DNA of 41,969 nucleotides, taken from sequence record NC_049951.1; one strand, given 5' to 3'. Below the pieces are notes generated by a model, which worked only from the letters and a program-made list of their open reading frames with translations, ran no database searches and was not told the DNA's origin. Origin of the DNA: Enterobacteria phage O276. The position numbers and the translations under genes were made by a program. Below, one piece after another: positions 1 to 14,132 of this stretch. Every line of letters begins with the position of its first letter. Position 1 is the first letter of the stretch.

Positions 1-190
1 GGGCGGCGACCTCGCGGGTTTTCGCTATTTATGAAAATTTTCCGGTTTAAGGCGTTTCCGTTCTTCTTCGTCATAACTTAATGTTTTTATTTAAAATACC
101 CTCTGAAAAGAAAGGAAACGACAGGTGCTGAAAGCGAGGCTTTTTGGCCTCTGTCGTTTCCTTTCTCTGTTTTTGTCCGTGGAATGAACA
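1..190 (+). other. cos: cos region: left cohesive end (cosN overhang sequence 1..12) and cosB terminase-binding region upstream of nu1
   Basis: Window begins GGGCGGCGACCT, the lambda 12-nt left cohesive end; nu1 follows at 191 as in lambda. Confidence 0.85.
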
Positions 191-710
191 ATGGAAGTCA
201 ACAAAAAGCAGCTGGCTGACATTTTCGGTGCGAGTATCCGTACCATTCAGAACTGGCAGGAACAGGGAATGCCCGTTCTGCGAGGCGGTGGCAAGGGTAA
301 TGAGGTGCTTTATGACTCTGCCGCCGTCATAAAATGGTATGCCGAAAGGGATGCTGAAATTGAGAACGAAAAGCTGCGCCGGGAGGTTGAAGAACTGCGG
401 CAGGCCAGCGAGGCAGATCTCCAGCCAGGAACTATTGAGTACGAACGCCATCGACTTACGCGTGCGCAGGCCGACGCACAGGAACTGAAGAATGCCAGAG
501 ACTCCGCTGAAGTGGTGGAAACCGCATTCTGTACTTTCGTGCTGTCGCGGATCGCAGGTGAAATTGCCAGTATTCTCGACGGGCTCCCCCTGTCGGTGCA
601 GCGGCGTTTTCCGGAACTGGAAAACCGACATGTTGATTTCCTGAAACGGGATATCATCAAAGCCATGAACAAAGCAGCCGCGCTGGATGAACTGATACCG
701 GGGTTGCTGA

Positions 711-736
<26 letters not shown>
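191..736 (+). CDS. nu1: terminase small subunit Nu1
   Basis: 181-aa ORF MEVNKKQLADIFGASIRTIQNWQEQGMPVL with N-terminal HTH; same position and length as lambda nu1. Confidence 0.95.
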
Positions 737-4417
<3,681 letters not shown>

Positions 4418-4437
<20 letters not shown>

Positions 4438-5737
4438 TCTCCCGCATATTGCCAGCATGGCCTTTAATGAGCCGCTGATGCTTGAACCCGCCTATGCGCG
4501 GGTTTTCTTTTGTGCGCTTGCAGGCCAGCTTGGGATCAGCAGCCTGACGGATGCGGTGTCCGGCGACAGCCTGACTGCCCAGGAGGCACTCGCGACGCTG
4601 GCATTATCCGGTGATGATGACGGACCACGACAGGCCCGCAGTTATCAGGTCATGAACGGCATCGCCGTGCTGCCGGTGTCCGGCACGCTGGTCAGCCGGA
4701 CGCGGGCGCTGCAGCCGTACTCGGGGATGACCGGTTACAACGGCATTATCGCCCGTCTGCAACAGGCTGCCAGCGATCCGATGGTGGACGGCATTCTGCT
4801 CGATATGGACACGCCCGGCGGGATGGTGGCGGGGGCATTTGACTGCGCTGACATCATCGCCCGTGTGCGTGACATAAAACCGGTATGGGCGCTTGCCAAC
4901 GACATGAACTGCAGTGCAGGTCAGTTGCTTGCCAGTGCCGCCTCCCGGCGTCTGGTCACGCAGACCGCCCGGACAGGCTCCATCGGCGTCATGATGGCTC
5001 ACAGTAATTACGGTGCTGCGCTGGAGAAACAGGGTGTGGAAATCACGCTGATTTACAGCGGCAGCCATAAGGTGGATGGCAACCCCTACAGCCATCTTCC
5101 GGATGACGTCCGGGAGACACTGCAGTCCCGGATGGACGCAACCCGCCAGATGTTTGCGCAGAAGGTGTCGGCATATACCGGCCTGTCCGTGCAGGTTGTG
5201 CTGGATACCGAGGCTGCAGTGTACAGCGGTCAGGAGGCCATTGATGCCGGACTGGCTGATGAACTTGTTAACAGCACCGATGCGATCACCGTCATGCGTG
5301 ATGCACTGGATGCACGTAAATCCCGTCTCTCAGGAGGGCGAATGACCAAAGAGACTCAATCAACAACTGTTTCAGCCACTGCTTCGCAGGCTGACGTTAC
5401 TGACGTGGTGCCAGCGACGGAGGGCGAGAACGCCAGCGCGGCGCAGCCGGACGTGAACGCGCAGATCACCGCAGCGGTTGCGGCAGAAAACAGCCGCATT
5501 ATGGGGATCCTCAACTGTGAGGAGGCTCACGGACGCGAAGAACAGGCACGCGTGCTGGCAGAAACCCCCGGTATGACCGTGAAAACGGCCCGCCGCATTC
5601 TGGCCGCAGCACCACAGAGTGCACAGGCGCGCAGTGACACTGCGCTGGATCGTCTGATGCAGGGGGCACCGGCACCGCTGGCTGCAGGTAACCCGGCATC
5701 TGATGCCGTTAACGATTTGCTGAACACACCAGTGTAA
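4418..5737 (+). CDS. C: head maturation protease / scaffold C (GTG start)
   Basis: GTG at 4418 preceded by GAGGAGGAG; ORF to 5737; S49-type protease-like sequence. Confidence 0.85.
5132..5737 (+). CDS. nu3: scaffolding protein Nu3, in-frame internal start within C
   Basis: ATG at 5132 is in frame with C and shares its stop, as in lambda. Confidence 0.75.
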   Translation: MDATRQMFAQKVSAYTGLSVQVVLDTEAAVYSGQEAIDAGLADELVNSTDAITVMRDALDARKSRLSGGRMTKETQSTTVSATASQADVTDVVPATEGENASAAQPDVNAQITAAVAAENSRIMGILNCEEAHGREEQARVLAETPGMTVKTARRILAAAPQSAQARSDTALDRLMQGAPAPLAAGNPASDAVNDLLNTPV

Positions 5738-5746
5738 GGGATGTTT

Positions 5747-6079
5747 ATGACGAGCAAAGAAACCTTTACCCATTACCAGCCGCAGGGCAACAGTGACCCG
5801 GCTCATACCGCAACCGCGCCCGGCGGATTGAGTGCGAAAGCGCCTGCAATGACCCCGCTGATGCTGGACACCTCCAGCCGTAAGCTGGTTGCGTGGGATG
5901 GCACCACCGACGGTGCTGCCGTTGGCATTCTTGCGGTTGCTGCTGACCAGACCAGCACCACGCTGACGTTCTACAAGTCCGGCACGTTCCGTTATGAGGA
6001 TGTGCTCTGGCCGGAGGCTGCCAGCGACGAGACGAAAAAACGGACCGCGTTTGCCGGAACGGCAATCAGCATCGTTTAA
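5747..6079 (+). CDS. D: head decoration protein D
   Basis: [27 protein letters not shown]...; the ORF track starts 2 codons upstream. Confidence 0.95.
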
Positions 6080-6100
6080 CTTTACCCTTCATCACTAAAG

Positions 6101-6121
6101 GCCGCCTGTGCGGCTTTTTTT
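6101..6121 (+). terminator. stem-loop GCCGC-ctgt-GCGGC followed by T7 between D and E
   Basis: Read directly: perfect 5-bp GC stem, 4-nt loop, then TTTTTTT. Confidence 0.55.
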
Positions 6122-6134
6122 ACGGGATTTTTTT

Positions 6135-7160
6135 ATGTCGATGTACACAACCGCCCAACTGCTGGCGGCAAATGAGCAGAAATTTAAGTTTGATCCGCTG
6201 TTTCTGCGTCTCTTTTTCCGTGAGAGCTATCCCTTCACCACGGAGAAAGTCTATCTCTCACAAATTCCGGGACTGGTAAACATGGCGCTGTACGTTTCGC
6301 CGATTGTTTCCGGTGAGGTTATCCGTTCCCGTGGCGGCTCCACCTCTGAATTTACGCCGGGATATGTCAAGCCGAAGCATGAAGTGAATCCGCAGATGAC
6401 CCTGCGTCGCCTGCCGGATGAAGATCCGCAGAATCTGGCGGACCCGGCTTACCGCCGCCGTCGCATCATCATGCAGAACATGCGTGACGAAGAGCTGGCC
6501 ATTGCTCAGGTCGAAGAGATGCAGGCAGTTTCTGCCGTGCTTAAGGGCAAATACACCATGACCGGTGAAGCCTTCGATCCGGTTGAGGTGGATATGGGCC
6601 GCAGTGAGGAGAATAACATCACGCAGTCCGGCGGCACGGAGTGGAGCAAGCGTGACAAGTCCACGTATGACCCGACCGACGATATCGAAGCCTACGCGCT
6701 GAACGCCAGCGGTGTGGTGAATATCATCGTGTTCGATCCGAAAGGCTGGGCGCTGTTCCGTTCCTTCAAAGCCGTCAAGGAGAAGCTGGATACCCGTCGT
6801 GGCTCTAATTCCGAGCTGGAGACAGCGGTGAAAGACCTGGGCAAAGCGGTGTCCTATAAGGGGATGTATGGCGATGTGGCCATCGTCGTGTATTCCGGAC
6901 AGTACGTGGAAAACGGCGTCAAAAAGAACTTCCTGCCGGACAACACGATGGTGCTGGGGAACACTCAGGCACGCGGTCTGCGCACCTATGGCTGCATTCA
7001 GGATGCGGACGCACAGCGCGAAGGCATTAACGCCTCTGCCCGTTACCCGAAAAACTGGGTGACCACCGGCGATCCGGCGCGTGAGTTCACCATGATTCAG
7101 TCAGCACCGCTGATGCTGCTGGCTGACCCTGATGAGTTCGTGTCCGTACAACTGGCGTAA
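6135..7160 (+). CDS. E: major capsid protein E
   Basis: MSMYTTAQLLAANEQKFKFDPLF..., 341 aa from ATG at 6135. Confidence 0.95.
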   Translation: MSMYTTAQLLAANEQKFKFDPLFLRLFFRESYPFTTEKVYLSQIPGLVNMALYVSPIVSGEVIRSRGGSTSEFTPGYVKPKHEVNPQMTLRRLPDEDPQNLADPAYRRRRIIMQNMRDEELAIAQVEEMQAVSAVLKGKYTMTGEAFDPVEVDMGRSEENNITQSGGTEWSKRDKSTYDPTDDIEAYALNASGVVNIIVFDPKGWALFRSFKAVKEKLDTRRGSNSELETAVKDLGKAVSYKGMYGDVAIVVYSGQYVENGVKKNFLPDNTMVLGNTQARGLRTYGCIQDADAQREGINASARYPKNWVTTGDPAREFTMIQSAPLMLLADPDEFVSVQLA

Positions 7161-7201
7161 TCATGGCCCTTCGGGGCCATTGTTTCTCTGTGGAGGAGTC
7201 C

Positions 7202-7600
7202 ATGACGAAAGATGAACTGATTGCCCGTCTCCGCTCGCTGGGTGAACAACTGAACCGTGATGTCAGCCTGACGGGGACGAAAGAAGAACTGGCGCTCCGT
7301 GTGGCAGAGCTGAAAGAGGAGCTTGATGACACGGATGAAACTGCCGGTCAGGACACCCCTCTCAGCCGGGAAAATGTGCTGACCGGACATGAAAATGAGG
7401 TGGGATCAGCGCAGCCGGATACCGTGATTCTGGATACGTCTGAACTGGTCACGGTCGTGGCACTGGTGAAGCTGCATACTGATGCACTTCACGCCACGCG
7501 GGATGAACCTGTGGCATTTGTGCTGCCGGGAACGGCGTTTCGTGTCTCTGCCGGTGTGGCAGCCGAAATGACAGAGCGCGGCCTGGCCAGAATGCAATAA
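7202..7600 (+). CDS. FI: DNA packaging protein FI
   Basis: MTKDELIARLRSLGEQ...; start at 7202 inside the longer track ORF. Confidence 0.9.
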   Translation: MTKDELIARLRSLGEQLNRDVSLTGTKEELALRVAELKEELDDTDETAGQDTPLSRENVLTGHENEVGSAQPDTVILDTSELVTVVALVKLHTDALHATRDEPVAFVLPGTAFRVSAGVAAEMTERGLARMQ

Positions 7601-7611
7601 CGGGAGGCGCT

Positions 7612-7965
7612 GTGGCTGATTTCGATAACCTGTTCGATGCTGCCATTGCCCGCGCCGATGAAACGATACGCGGGTACATGGGAACGTCAGCCACCATTAC
7701 ATCCGGTGAGCAGTCAGGTGCGGTGATACGTGGTGTTTTTGATGACCCTGAAAATATCAGCTATGCCGGACAGGGCGTGCGCGTTGAAGGCTCCAGCCCG
7801 TCCCTGTTTGTCCGGACTGATGAGGTGCGGCAGCTGCGGCGTGGAGACACGCTGACCATCGGTGAGGAAAATTTCTGGGTAGATCGGGTTTCGCCGGATG
7901 ATGGCGGAAGTTGTCATCTCTGGCTTGGACGGGGCGTACCGCCTGCCGTTAACCGTCGCCGCTGA
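7612..7965 (+). CDS. FII: head completion protein FII
   Basis: 117-aa ORF at lambda FII position. Confidence 0.9.
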   Translation: MADFDNLFDAAIARADETIRGYMGTSATITSGEQSGAVIRGVFDDPENISYAGQGVRVEGSSPSLFVRTDEVRQLRRGDTLTIGEENFWVDRVSPDDGGSCHLWLGRGVPPAVNRRR

Positions 7966-7976
7966 AAGGGGGATGT

Positions 7977-8555
7977 ATGGCCATAAAAGGTCTTGAGCAG
8001 GCCGTTGAAAACCTCAGCCGTATCAGCAAAACGGCGGTGCCTGGTGCCGCCGCAATGGCCATTAACCGCGTTGCTTCATCCGCGATATCGCAGTCGGCGT
8101 CACAGGTTGCCCGTGAGACAAAGGTACGCCGGAAACTGGTAAAGGAAAGGGCCAGGCTGAAAAGGGCCACGGTCAAAAATCCGCAGGCCAGAATCAAAGT
8201 TAACCGGGGGGATTTGCCCGTAATCAAGCTGGGTAATGCGCGGGTTGTCCTTTCGCGCCGCAGGCGTCGTAAAAAGGGGCAGCGTTCATCCCTGAAAGGT
8301 GGCGGCAGCGTGCTTGTGGTGGGTAACCGTCGTATTCCCGGCGCGTTTATTCAGCAACTGAAAAATGGCCGGTGGCATGTCATGCAGCGTGTGGCTGGGA
8401 AAAACCGTTACCCCATTGATGTGGTGAAAATCCCGATGGCGGTGCCGCTGACCACGGCGTTTAAACAAAATATTGAGCGGATACGGCGTGAACGTCTTCC
8501 GAAAGAGCTGGGCTATGCGCTGCAGCATCAACTGAGGATGGTAATAAAGCGATGA
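7977..8555 (+). CDS. Z: tail completion protein Z
   Basis: 192-aa ORF at lambda Z position. Confidence 0.9.
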   Translation: MAIKGLEQAVENLSRISKTAVPGAAAMAINRVASSAISQSASQVARETKVRRKLVKERARLKRATVKNPQARIKVNRGDLPVIKLGNARVVLSRRRRRKKGQRSSLKGGGSVLVVGNRRIPGAFIQQLKNGRWHVMQRVAGKNRYPIDVVKIPMAVPLTTAFKQNIERIRRERLPKELGYALQHQLRMVIKR

Positions 8556-8947
8556 AACATACTGAACTCCGTGCAGCCGTACTGGATGCACTGGAGAAGC
8601 ATGACACCGGGGCGACGTTTTTTGATGGTCGCCCCGCTGTTTTTGATGAGGCGGATTTTCCGGCAGTTGCCGTTTATCTCACCGGCGCTGAATACACGGG
8701 CGAAGAGCTGGACAGCGATACCTGGCAGGCGGAGCTGCATATCGAAGTTTTCCTGCCTGCTCAGGTGCCGGATTCAGAGCTGGATGCGTGGATGGAGTCC
8801 CGGATTTATCCGGTGATGAGCGATATCCCGGCACTGTCAGATTTGATCACCAGTATGGTGGCCAGCGGCTATGACTACCGGCGCGACGATGATGCGGGCT
8901 TGTGGAGTTCAGCCGATCTGACTTATGTCATTACCTATGAAATGTGA
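8552..8947 (+). CDS. U: tail terminator protein U
   Basis: 131-aa ORF, ATGA overlap with Z. Confidence 0.9.
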
Positions 8948-8954
8948 GGACGCT

Positions 8955-9695
8955 ATGCCTGTACCAAATCCTACAATGCCGGTGAAAGGTGCCGGGACCA
9001 CCCTGTGGGTTTATAAGGGGAGCGGTGACCCTTACGCGAATCCGCTTTCAGACGTTGACTGGTCGCGTCTGGCAAAAGTTAAAGACCTGACGCCCGGCGA
9101 ACTGACCGCTGAGTCCTATGACGACAGCTATCTCGATGATGAAGATGCAGACTGGACTGCGACCGGGCAGGGGCAGAAATCTGCCGGAGATACCAGCTTC
9201 ACGCTGGCGTGGATGCCCGGAGAGCAGGGGCAGCAGGCGCTGCTGGCGTGGTTTAATGAAGGCGATACCCGTGCCTATAAAATCCGCTTCCCGAACGGCA
9301 CGGTCGATGTGTTCCGTGGCTGGGTCAGCAGTATCGGTAAGGCGGTGACGGCGAAGGAAGTGATCACCCGCACGGTGAAAGTCACCAATGTGGGACGTCC
9401 GTCGATGGCAGAAGATCGCAGCACGGTAACAGCGGCAACCGGCATGACCGTGACGCCTGCCAGCACCTCGGTGGTGAAAGGGCAGAGCACCACGCTGACC
9501 GTGGCCTTCCAGCCGGAGGGCGTAACCGACAAGAGCTTTCGTGCGGTGTCTGCGGATAAAACAAAAGCCACCGTGTCGGTCAGTGGTATGACCATCACCG
9601 TGAACGGCGTTGCTGCAGGCAAGGTCAACATTCCGGTTGTATCCGGTAATGGTGAGTTTGCTGCGGTTGCAGAAATTACCGTCACCGCCAGTTAA
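8955..9695 (+). CDS. V: major tail tube protein V
   Basis: [22 protein letters not shown]... with C-terminal Ig-like region. Confidence 0.95.
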
Positions 9696-9710
9696 TCCGG
9701 AGAGTCAGCG

Positions 9711-10133
9711 ATGTTCCTGAAAACCGAATCATTTGAACATAACGGTGTGACCGTCACGCTTTCTGAACTGTCAGCCCTGCAGCGCATTGAGCATCTCGCC
9801 CTGATGAAACGGCAGGCAGAACAGGCGGAGTCAGACAGCAACCGGAAGTTTACTGTGGAAGACGCCATCAGAACCGGCGCGTTTCTGGTGGCGATGTCCC
9901 TGTGGCATAACCATCCGCAGAAGACGCAGATGCCGTCCATGAATGAAGCCGTTAAACAGATTGAGCAGGAAGTGCTTACCACCTGGCCCACGGAGGCAAT
10001 TTCTCATGCTGAAAACGTGGTGTACCGGCTGTCTGGTATGTATGAGTTTGTGGTGAATAATGCCCCTGAACAGACAGAGGACGCCGGGCCCGCAGAGCCT
10101 GTTTCTGCGGGAAAGTGTTCGACGGTGAGCTGA
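9711..10133 (+). CDS. G: tail assembly chaperone G
   Basis: 140-aa ORF ending just after the slippery site. Confidence 0.9.
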   Translation: MFLKTESFEHNGVTVTLSELSALQRIEHLALMKRQAEQAESDSNRKFTVEDAIRTGAFLVAMSLWHNHPQKTQMPSMNEAVKQIEQEVLTTWPTEAISHAENVVYRLSGMYEFVVNNAPEQTEDAGPAEPVSAGKCSTVS

Positions 10134-10549
10134 GTTTTGCCCTGAAACTGGCGCGTGAGATGGGGCGACCCGACTGGCGTGCCATGCTTGCCGGGATGTC
10201 ATCCACGGAGTATGCCGACTGGCACCGCTTTTACAGTACCCATTATTTTCATGATGTTCTGCTGGATATGCACTTTTCCGGGCTGACGTACACCGTGCTC
10301 AGCCTGTTTTTCAGCGATCCGGATATGCATCCGCTGGATTTCAGTCTGCTGAACCGGCGCGAGGCTGACGAAGAGCCTGAAGATGATGTGCTGATGCAGA
10401 AAGCGGCAGGGCTTGCCGGAGGTGTCCGCTTTGGCCCGGACGGGAATGAAGTTATCCCCGCTTCCCCGGATGTGGCGGACATGACGGAGGATGACGTAAT
10501 GCTGATGACAGTATCAGAAGGGATCGCAGGAGGAGTCCGGTATGGCTGA
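9711..10549 (+). CDS. T: tail assembly chaperone G-T, made by -1 programmed frameshift at the end of G
   Basis: The -1 frame ORF (to 10549) overlaps the G 3' end; slippery heptamer at 10109..10115. Confidence 0.85.
10109..10115 (+). promoter_or_regulatory. -1 frameshift slippery heptamer G GGA AAG
   Basis: GGGAAAG read in the G zero frame as GCG GGA AAG. Confidence 0.8.
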
Positions 10550-13103
10550 ACCGGTAGGCGATCTGGTCGTTGATTTGAGTCTGGATGCGGCCAGATTTGA
10601 CGAGCAGATGGCCAGAGTCAGGCGTCATTTTTCTGGTACGGAAAGTGATGCGAAAAAAACAGCGGCAGTCGTTGAACAGTCGCTGAGCCGACAGGCGCTG
10701 GCTGCACAGAAAGCGGGGATTTCCGTCGGGCAGTATAAAGCCGCCATGCGTATGCTGCCTGCACAGTTCACCGACGTGGCCACGCAGCTTGCAGGCGGGC
10801 AAAGTCCGTGGCTGATCCTGCTGCAACAGGGGGGGCAGGTGAAGGACTCCTTCGGCGGGATGATCCCCATGTTCAGGGGGCTTGCCGGTGCGATCACCCT
10901 GCCGATGGTGGGGGCCACCTCGCTGGCGGTGGCGACCGGTGCGCTGGCGTATGCCTGGTATCAGGGCAACTCAACCCTGTCCGATTTCAACAAAACGCTG
11001 GTCCTTTCCGGCAATCAGGCGGGACTGACGGCAGATCGTATGCTGGTCCTGTCCAGAGCCGGGCAGGCGGCAGGGCTGACGTTTAACCAGACCAGCGAGT
11101 CACTCAGCGCACTGGTTAAGGCGGGGGTAAGCGGTGAGGCTCAGATTGCGTCCATCAGCCAGAGTGTGGCGCGTTTCTCCTCTGCATCCGGCGTGGAGGT
11201 GGACAAGGTCGCTGAAGCCTTCGGGAAGCTGACCACAGACCCGACGTCGGGGCTGACGGCGATGGCTCGCCAGTTCCATAACGTGTCGGCGGAGCAGATT
11301 GCGTATGTTGCTCAGTTGCAGCGTTCCGGCGATGAAGCCGGGGCATTGCAGGCGGCGAACGAGGCCGCAACGAAAGGGTTTGATGACCAGACCCGCCGCC
11401 TGAAAGAGAACATGGGCACGCTGGAGACCTGGGCAGACAGGACTGCGCGGGCATTCAAATCCATGTGGGATGCGGTGCTGGATATTGGTCGTCCTGATAC
11501 CGCGCAGGAGATGCTGATTAAGGCAGAGGCTGCGTATAAGAAAGCAGACGACATCTGGAATCTGCGCAAGGATGATTATTTTGTTAACGATGAAGCGCGG
11601 GCGCGTTACTGGGATGATCGTGAAAAGGCCCGTCTTGCGCTTGAAGCCGCCCGAAAGAAGGCTGAGCAGCAGACTCAACAGGACAAAAATGCGCAGCAGC
11701 AGAGCGATACCGAAGCGTCACGGCTGAAATATACCGAAGAGGCGCAGAAGGCTTACGAACGGCTGCAGACGCCGCTGGAGAAATATACCGCCCGTCAGGA
11801 AGAACTGAACAAGGCACTGAAAGACGGGAAAATCCTGCAGGCGGATTACAACACGCTGATGGCGGCGGCGAAAAAGGATTATGAAGCGACGCTGAAAAAG
11901 CCGAAACAGTCCAGCGTGAAGGTGTCTGCGGGCGATCGTCAGGAAGACAGTGCTCATGCTGCCCTGCTGACGCTTCAGGCAGAACTCCGGACGCTGGAGA
12001 AGCATGCCGGAGCAAATGAGAAAATCAGCCAGCAGCGCCGGGATTTGTGGAAGGCGGAGAGTCAGTTCGCGGTACTGGAGGAGGCGGCGCAACGTCGCCA
12101 GCTGTCTGCACAGGAGAAATCCCTGCTGGCGCATAAAGATGAGACGCTGGAGTACAAACGCCAGCTGGCTGCACTTGGCGACAAGGTTACGTATCAGGAG
12201 CGCCTGAACGCGCTGGCGCAGCAGGCGGATAAATTCGCACAGCAGCAACGGGCAAAACGGGCCGCCATTGATGCGAAAAGCCGGGGGCTGACTGACCGGC
12301 AGGCAGAACGGGAAGCCACGGAACAGCGCCTGAAGGAACAGTATGGCGATAATCCGCTGGCGCTGAATAACGTCATGTCAGAGCAGAAAAAGACCTGGGC
12401 GGCTGAAGACCAGCTTCGCGGGAACTGGATGGCAGGCCTGAAGTCCGGCTGGAGTGAGTGGGAAGAGAGCGCCACGGACAGTATGTCGCAGGTAAAAAGT
12501 GCAGCCACGCAGACCTTTGATGGTATTGCACAGAATATGGCGGCGATGCTGACCGGCAGTGAGCAGAACTGGCGCAGCTTCACCCGTTCCGTGCTGTCCA
12601 TGATGACAGAAATTCTGCTTAAGCAGGCAATGGTGGGGATTGTCGGGAGTATCGGCAGCGCCATTGGCGGGGCTGTTGGTGGCGGCGCATCCGCGTCAGG
12701 CGGTACAGCCATTCAGGCCGCTGCGGCGAAATTCCATTTTGCAACCGGAGGATTTACGGGAACCGGCGGCAAATATGAGCCAGCGGGGATTGTTCACCGT
12801 GGTGAGTTTGTCTTCACGAAGGAGGCAACCAGCCGGATTGGCGTGGGGAATCTTTACCGGCTGATGCGCGGCTATGCCACCGGCGGTTATGTCGGTACAC
12901 CGGGCAGCATGGCAGACAGCCGGTCGCAGGCGTCCGGGACGTTTGAGCAGAATAACCATGTGGTGATTAACAACGACGGCACGAACGGGCAGATAGGTCC
13001 GGCTGCTCTGAAGGCGGTGTATGACATGGCCCGCAAGGGTGCCCGTGATGAAATTCAGACACAGATGCGTGATGGTGGCCTGTTCTCCGGAGGTGGACGA
13101 TGA
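10542..13103 (+). CDS. H: tail tape measure protein H
   Basis: 853-aa ORF, coiled-coil-rich, lambda H position. Confidence 0.95.
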   Translation: MAEPVGDLVVDLSLDAARFDEQMARVRRHFSGTESDAKKTAAVVEQSLSRQALAAQKAGISVGQYKAAMRMLPAQFTDVATQLAGGQSPWLILLQQGGQVKDSFGGMIPMFRGLAGAITLPMVGATSLAVATGALAYAWYQGNSTLSDFNKTLVLSGNQAGLTADRMLVLSRAGQAAGLTFNQTSESLSALVKAGVSGEAQIASISQSVARFSSASGVEVDKVAEAFGKLTTDPTSGLTAMARQFHNVSAEQIAYVAQLQRSGDEAGALQAANEAATKGFDDQTRRLKENMGTLETWADRTARAFKSMWDAVLDIGRPDTAQEMLIKAEAAYKKADDIWNLRKDDYFVNDEARARYWDDREKARLALEAARKKAEQQTQQDKNAQQQSDTEASRLKYTEEAQKAYERLQTPLEKYTARQEELNKALKDGKILQADYNTLMAAAKKDYEATLKKPKQSSVKVSAGDRQEDSAHAALLTLQAELRTLEKHAGANEKISQQRRDLWKAESQFAVLEEAAQRRQLSAQEKSLLAHKDETLEYKRQLAALGDKVTYQERLNALAQQADKFAQQQRAKRAAIDAKSRGLTDRQAEREATEQRLKEQYGDNPLALNNVMSEQKKTWAAEDQLRGNWMAGLKSGWSEWEESATDSMSQVKSAATQTFDGIAQNMAAMLTGSEQNWRSFTRSVLSMMTEILLKQAMVGIVGSIGSAIGGAVGGGASASGGTAIQAAAAKFHFATGGFTGTGGKYEPAGIVHRGEFVFTKEATSRIGVGNLYRLMRGYATGGYVGTPGSMADSRSQASGTFEQNNHVVINNDGTNGQIGPAALKAVYDMARKGARDEIQTQMRDGGLFSGGGR

Positions 13104-13429
13104 AGACCTTCCGCTGGAAAGTGAAACCCGGTATGGATGTGGCTTCGGTCCCTTCTGTAAGAAAGGTGCGCTTTGGTGATGGCTATTCTCAGCGAGCGCC
13201 TGCCGGGCTGAATGCCAACCTGAAAACGTACAGCGTGACGCTTTCTGTCCCCCGTGAGGAGGCCACGGTACTGGAGTCGTTTCTGGAAGAGCACGGGGGC
13301 TGGAAATCCTTTCTGTGGACGCCGCCTTATGAGTGGCGGCAGATAAAGGTGACCTGCGCAAAATGGTCGTCGCGGGTCAGTATGCTGCGTGTTGAGTTCA
13401 GCGCAGAGTTTGAACAGGTGGTGAACTGA
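13100..13429 (+). CDS. M: tail tip protein M
   Basis: 109-aa ORF, ATGA overlap with H. Confidence 0.9.
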   Translation: MKTFRWKVKPGMDVASVPSVRKVRFGDGYSQRAPAGLNANLKTYSVTLSVPREEATVLESFLEEHGGWKSFLWTPPYEWRQIKVTCAKWSSRVSMLRVEFSAEFEQVVN

Positions 13430-14127
13430 TGCAGGATATCCGGCAGGAAACACTGAATGAATGCACCCGTGCGGAGCAGTCGGCCAGCGTGGTGCTCTGG
13501 GAAATCGACCTGACAGAGGTCGGTGGAGAACGTTATTTTTTCTGTAATGAGCAGAACGAAAAAGGTGAGCCGGTCACCTGGCAGGGGCGACAGTATCAGC
13601 CGTATCCCATTCAGGGGAGCGGTTTTGAACTGAATGGCAAAGGCACCAGTACGCGCCCCACGCTGACGGTTTCTAACCTGTACGGTATGGTCACCGGGAT
13701 GGCGGAAGATATGCAGAGTCTGGTCGGCGGAACGGTGGTCCGGCGTAAGGTTTACGCCCGTTTTCTGGATGCGGTGAACTTCGTCAACGGAAACAGTTAC
13801 GCCGATCCGGAGCAGGAGGTGATCAGCCGCTGGCGCATTGAGCAGTGCAGCGAACTGAGCGCGGTGAGTGCCTCCTTTGTACTGTCCACGCCGACGGAAA
13901 CGGATGGCGCTGTTTTTCCGGGACGTATCATGCTGGCCAACACCTGCACCTGGACCTATCGCGGTGACGAGTGCGGTTATAGCGGTCCGGCTGTCGCGGA
14001 TGAATATGACCAGCCAACGTCCGATATCACGAAGGATAAATGCAGCAAATGCCTGAGCGGTTGTAAGTTCCGCAATAACGTCGGCAACTTTGGCGGCTTC
14101 CTTTCCATTAACAAACTTTCGCAGTAA
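13429..14127 (+). CDS. L: tail tip protein L
   Basis: 232-aa ORF with C-terminal Cys cluster. Confidence 0.9.
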   Translation: MQDIRQETLNECTRAEQSASVVLWEIDLTEVGGERYFFCNEQNEKGEPVTWQGRQYQPYPIQGSGFELNGKGTSTRPTLTVSNLYGMVTGMAEDMQSLVGGTVVRRKVYARFLDAVNFVNGNSYADPEQEVISRWRIEQCSELSAVSASFVLSTPTETDGAVFPGRIMLANTCTWTYRGDECGYSGPAVADEYDQPTSDITKDKCSKCLSGCKFRNNVGNFGGFLSINKLSQ

Positions 14128-14132
14128 ATCCC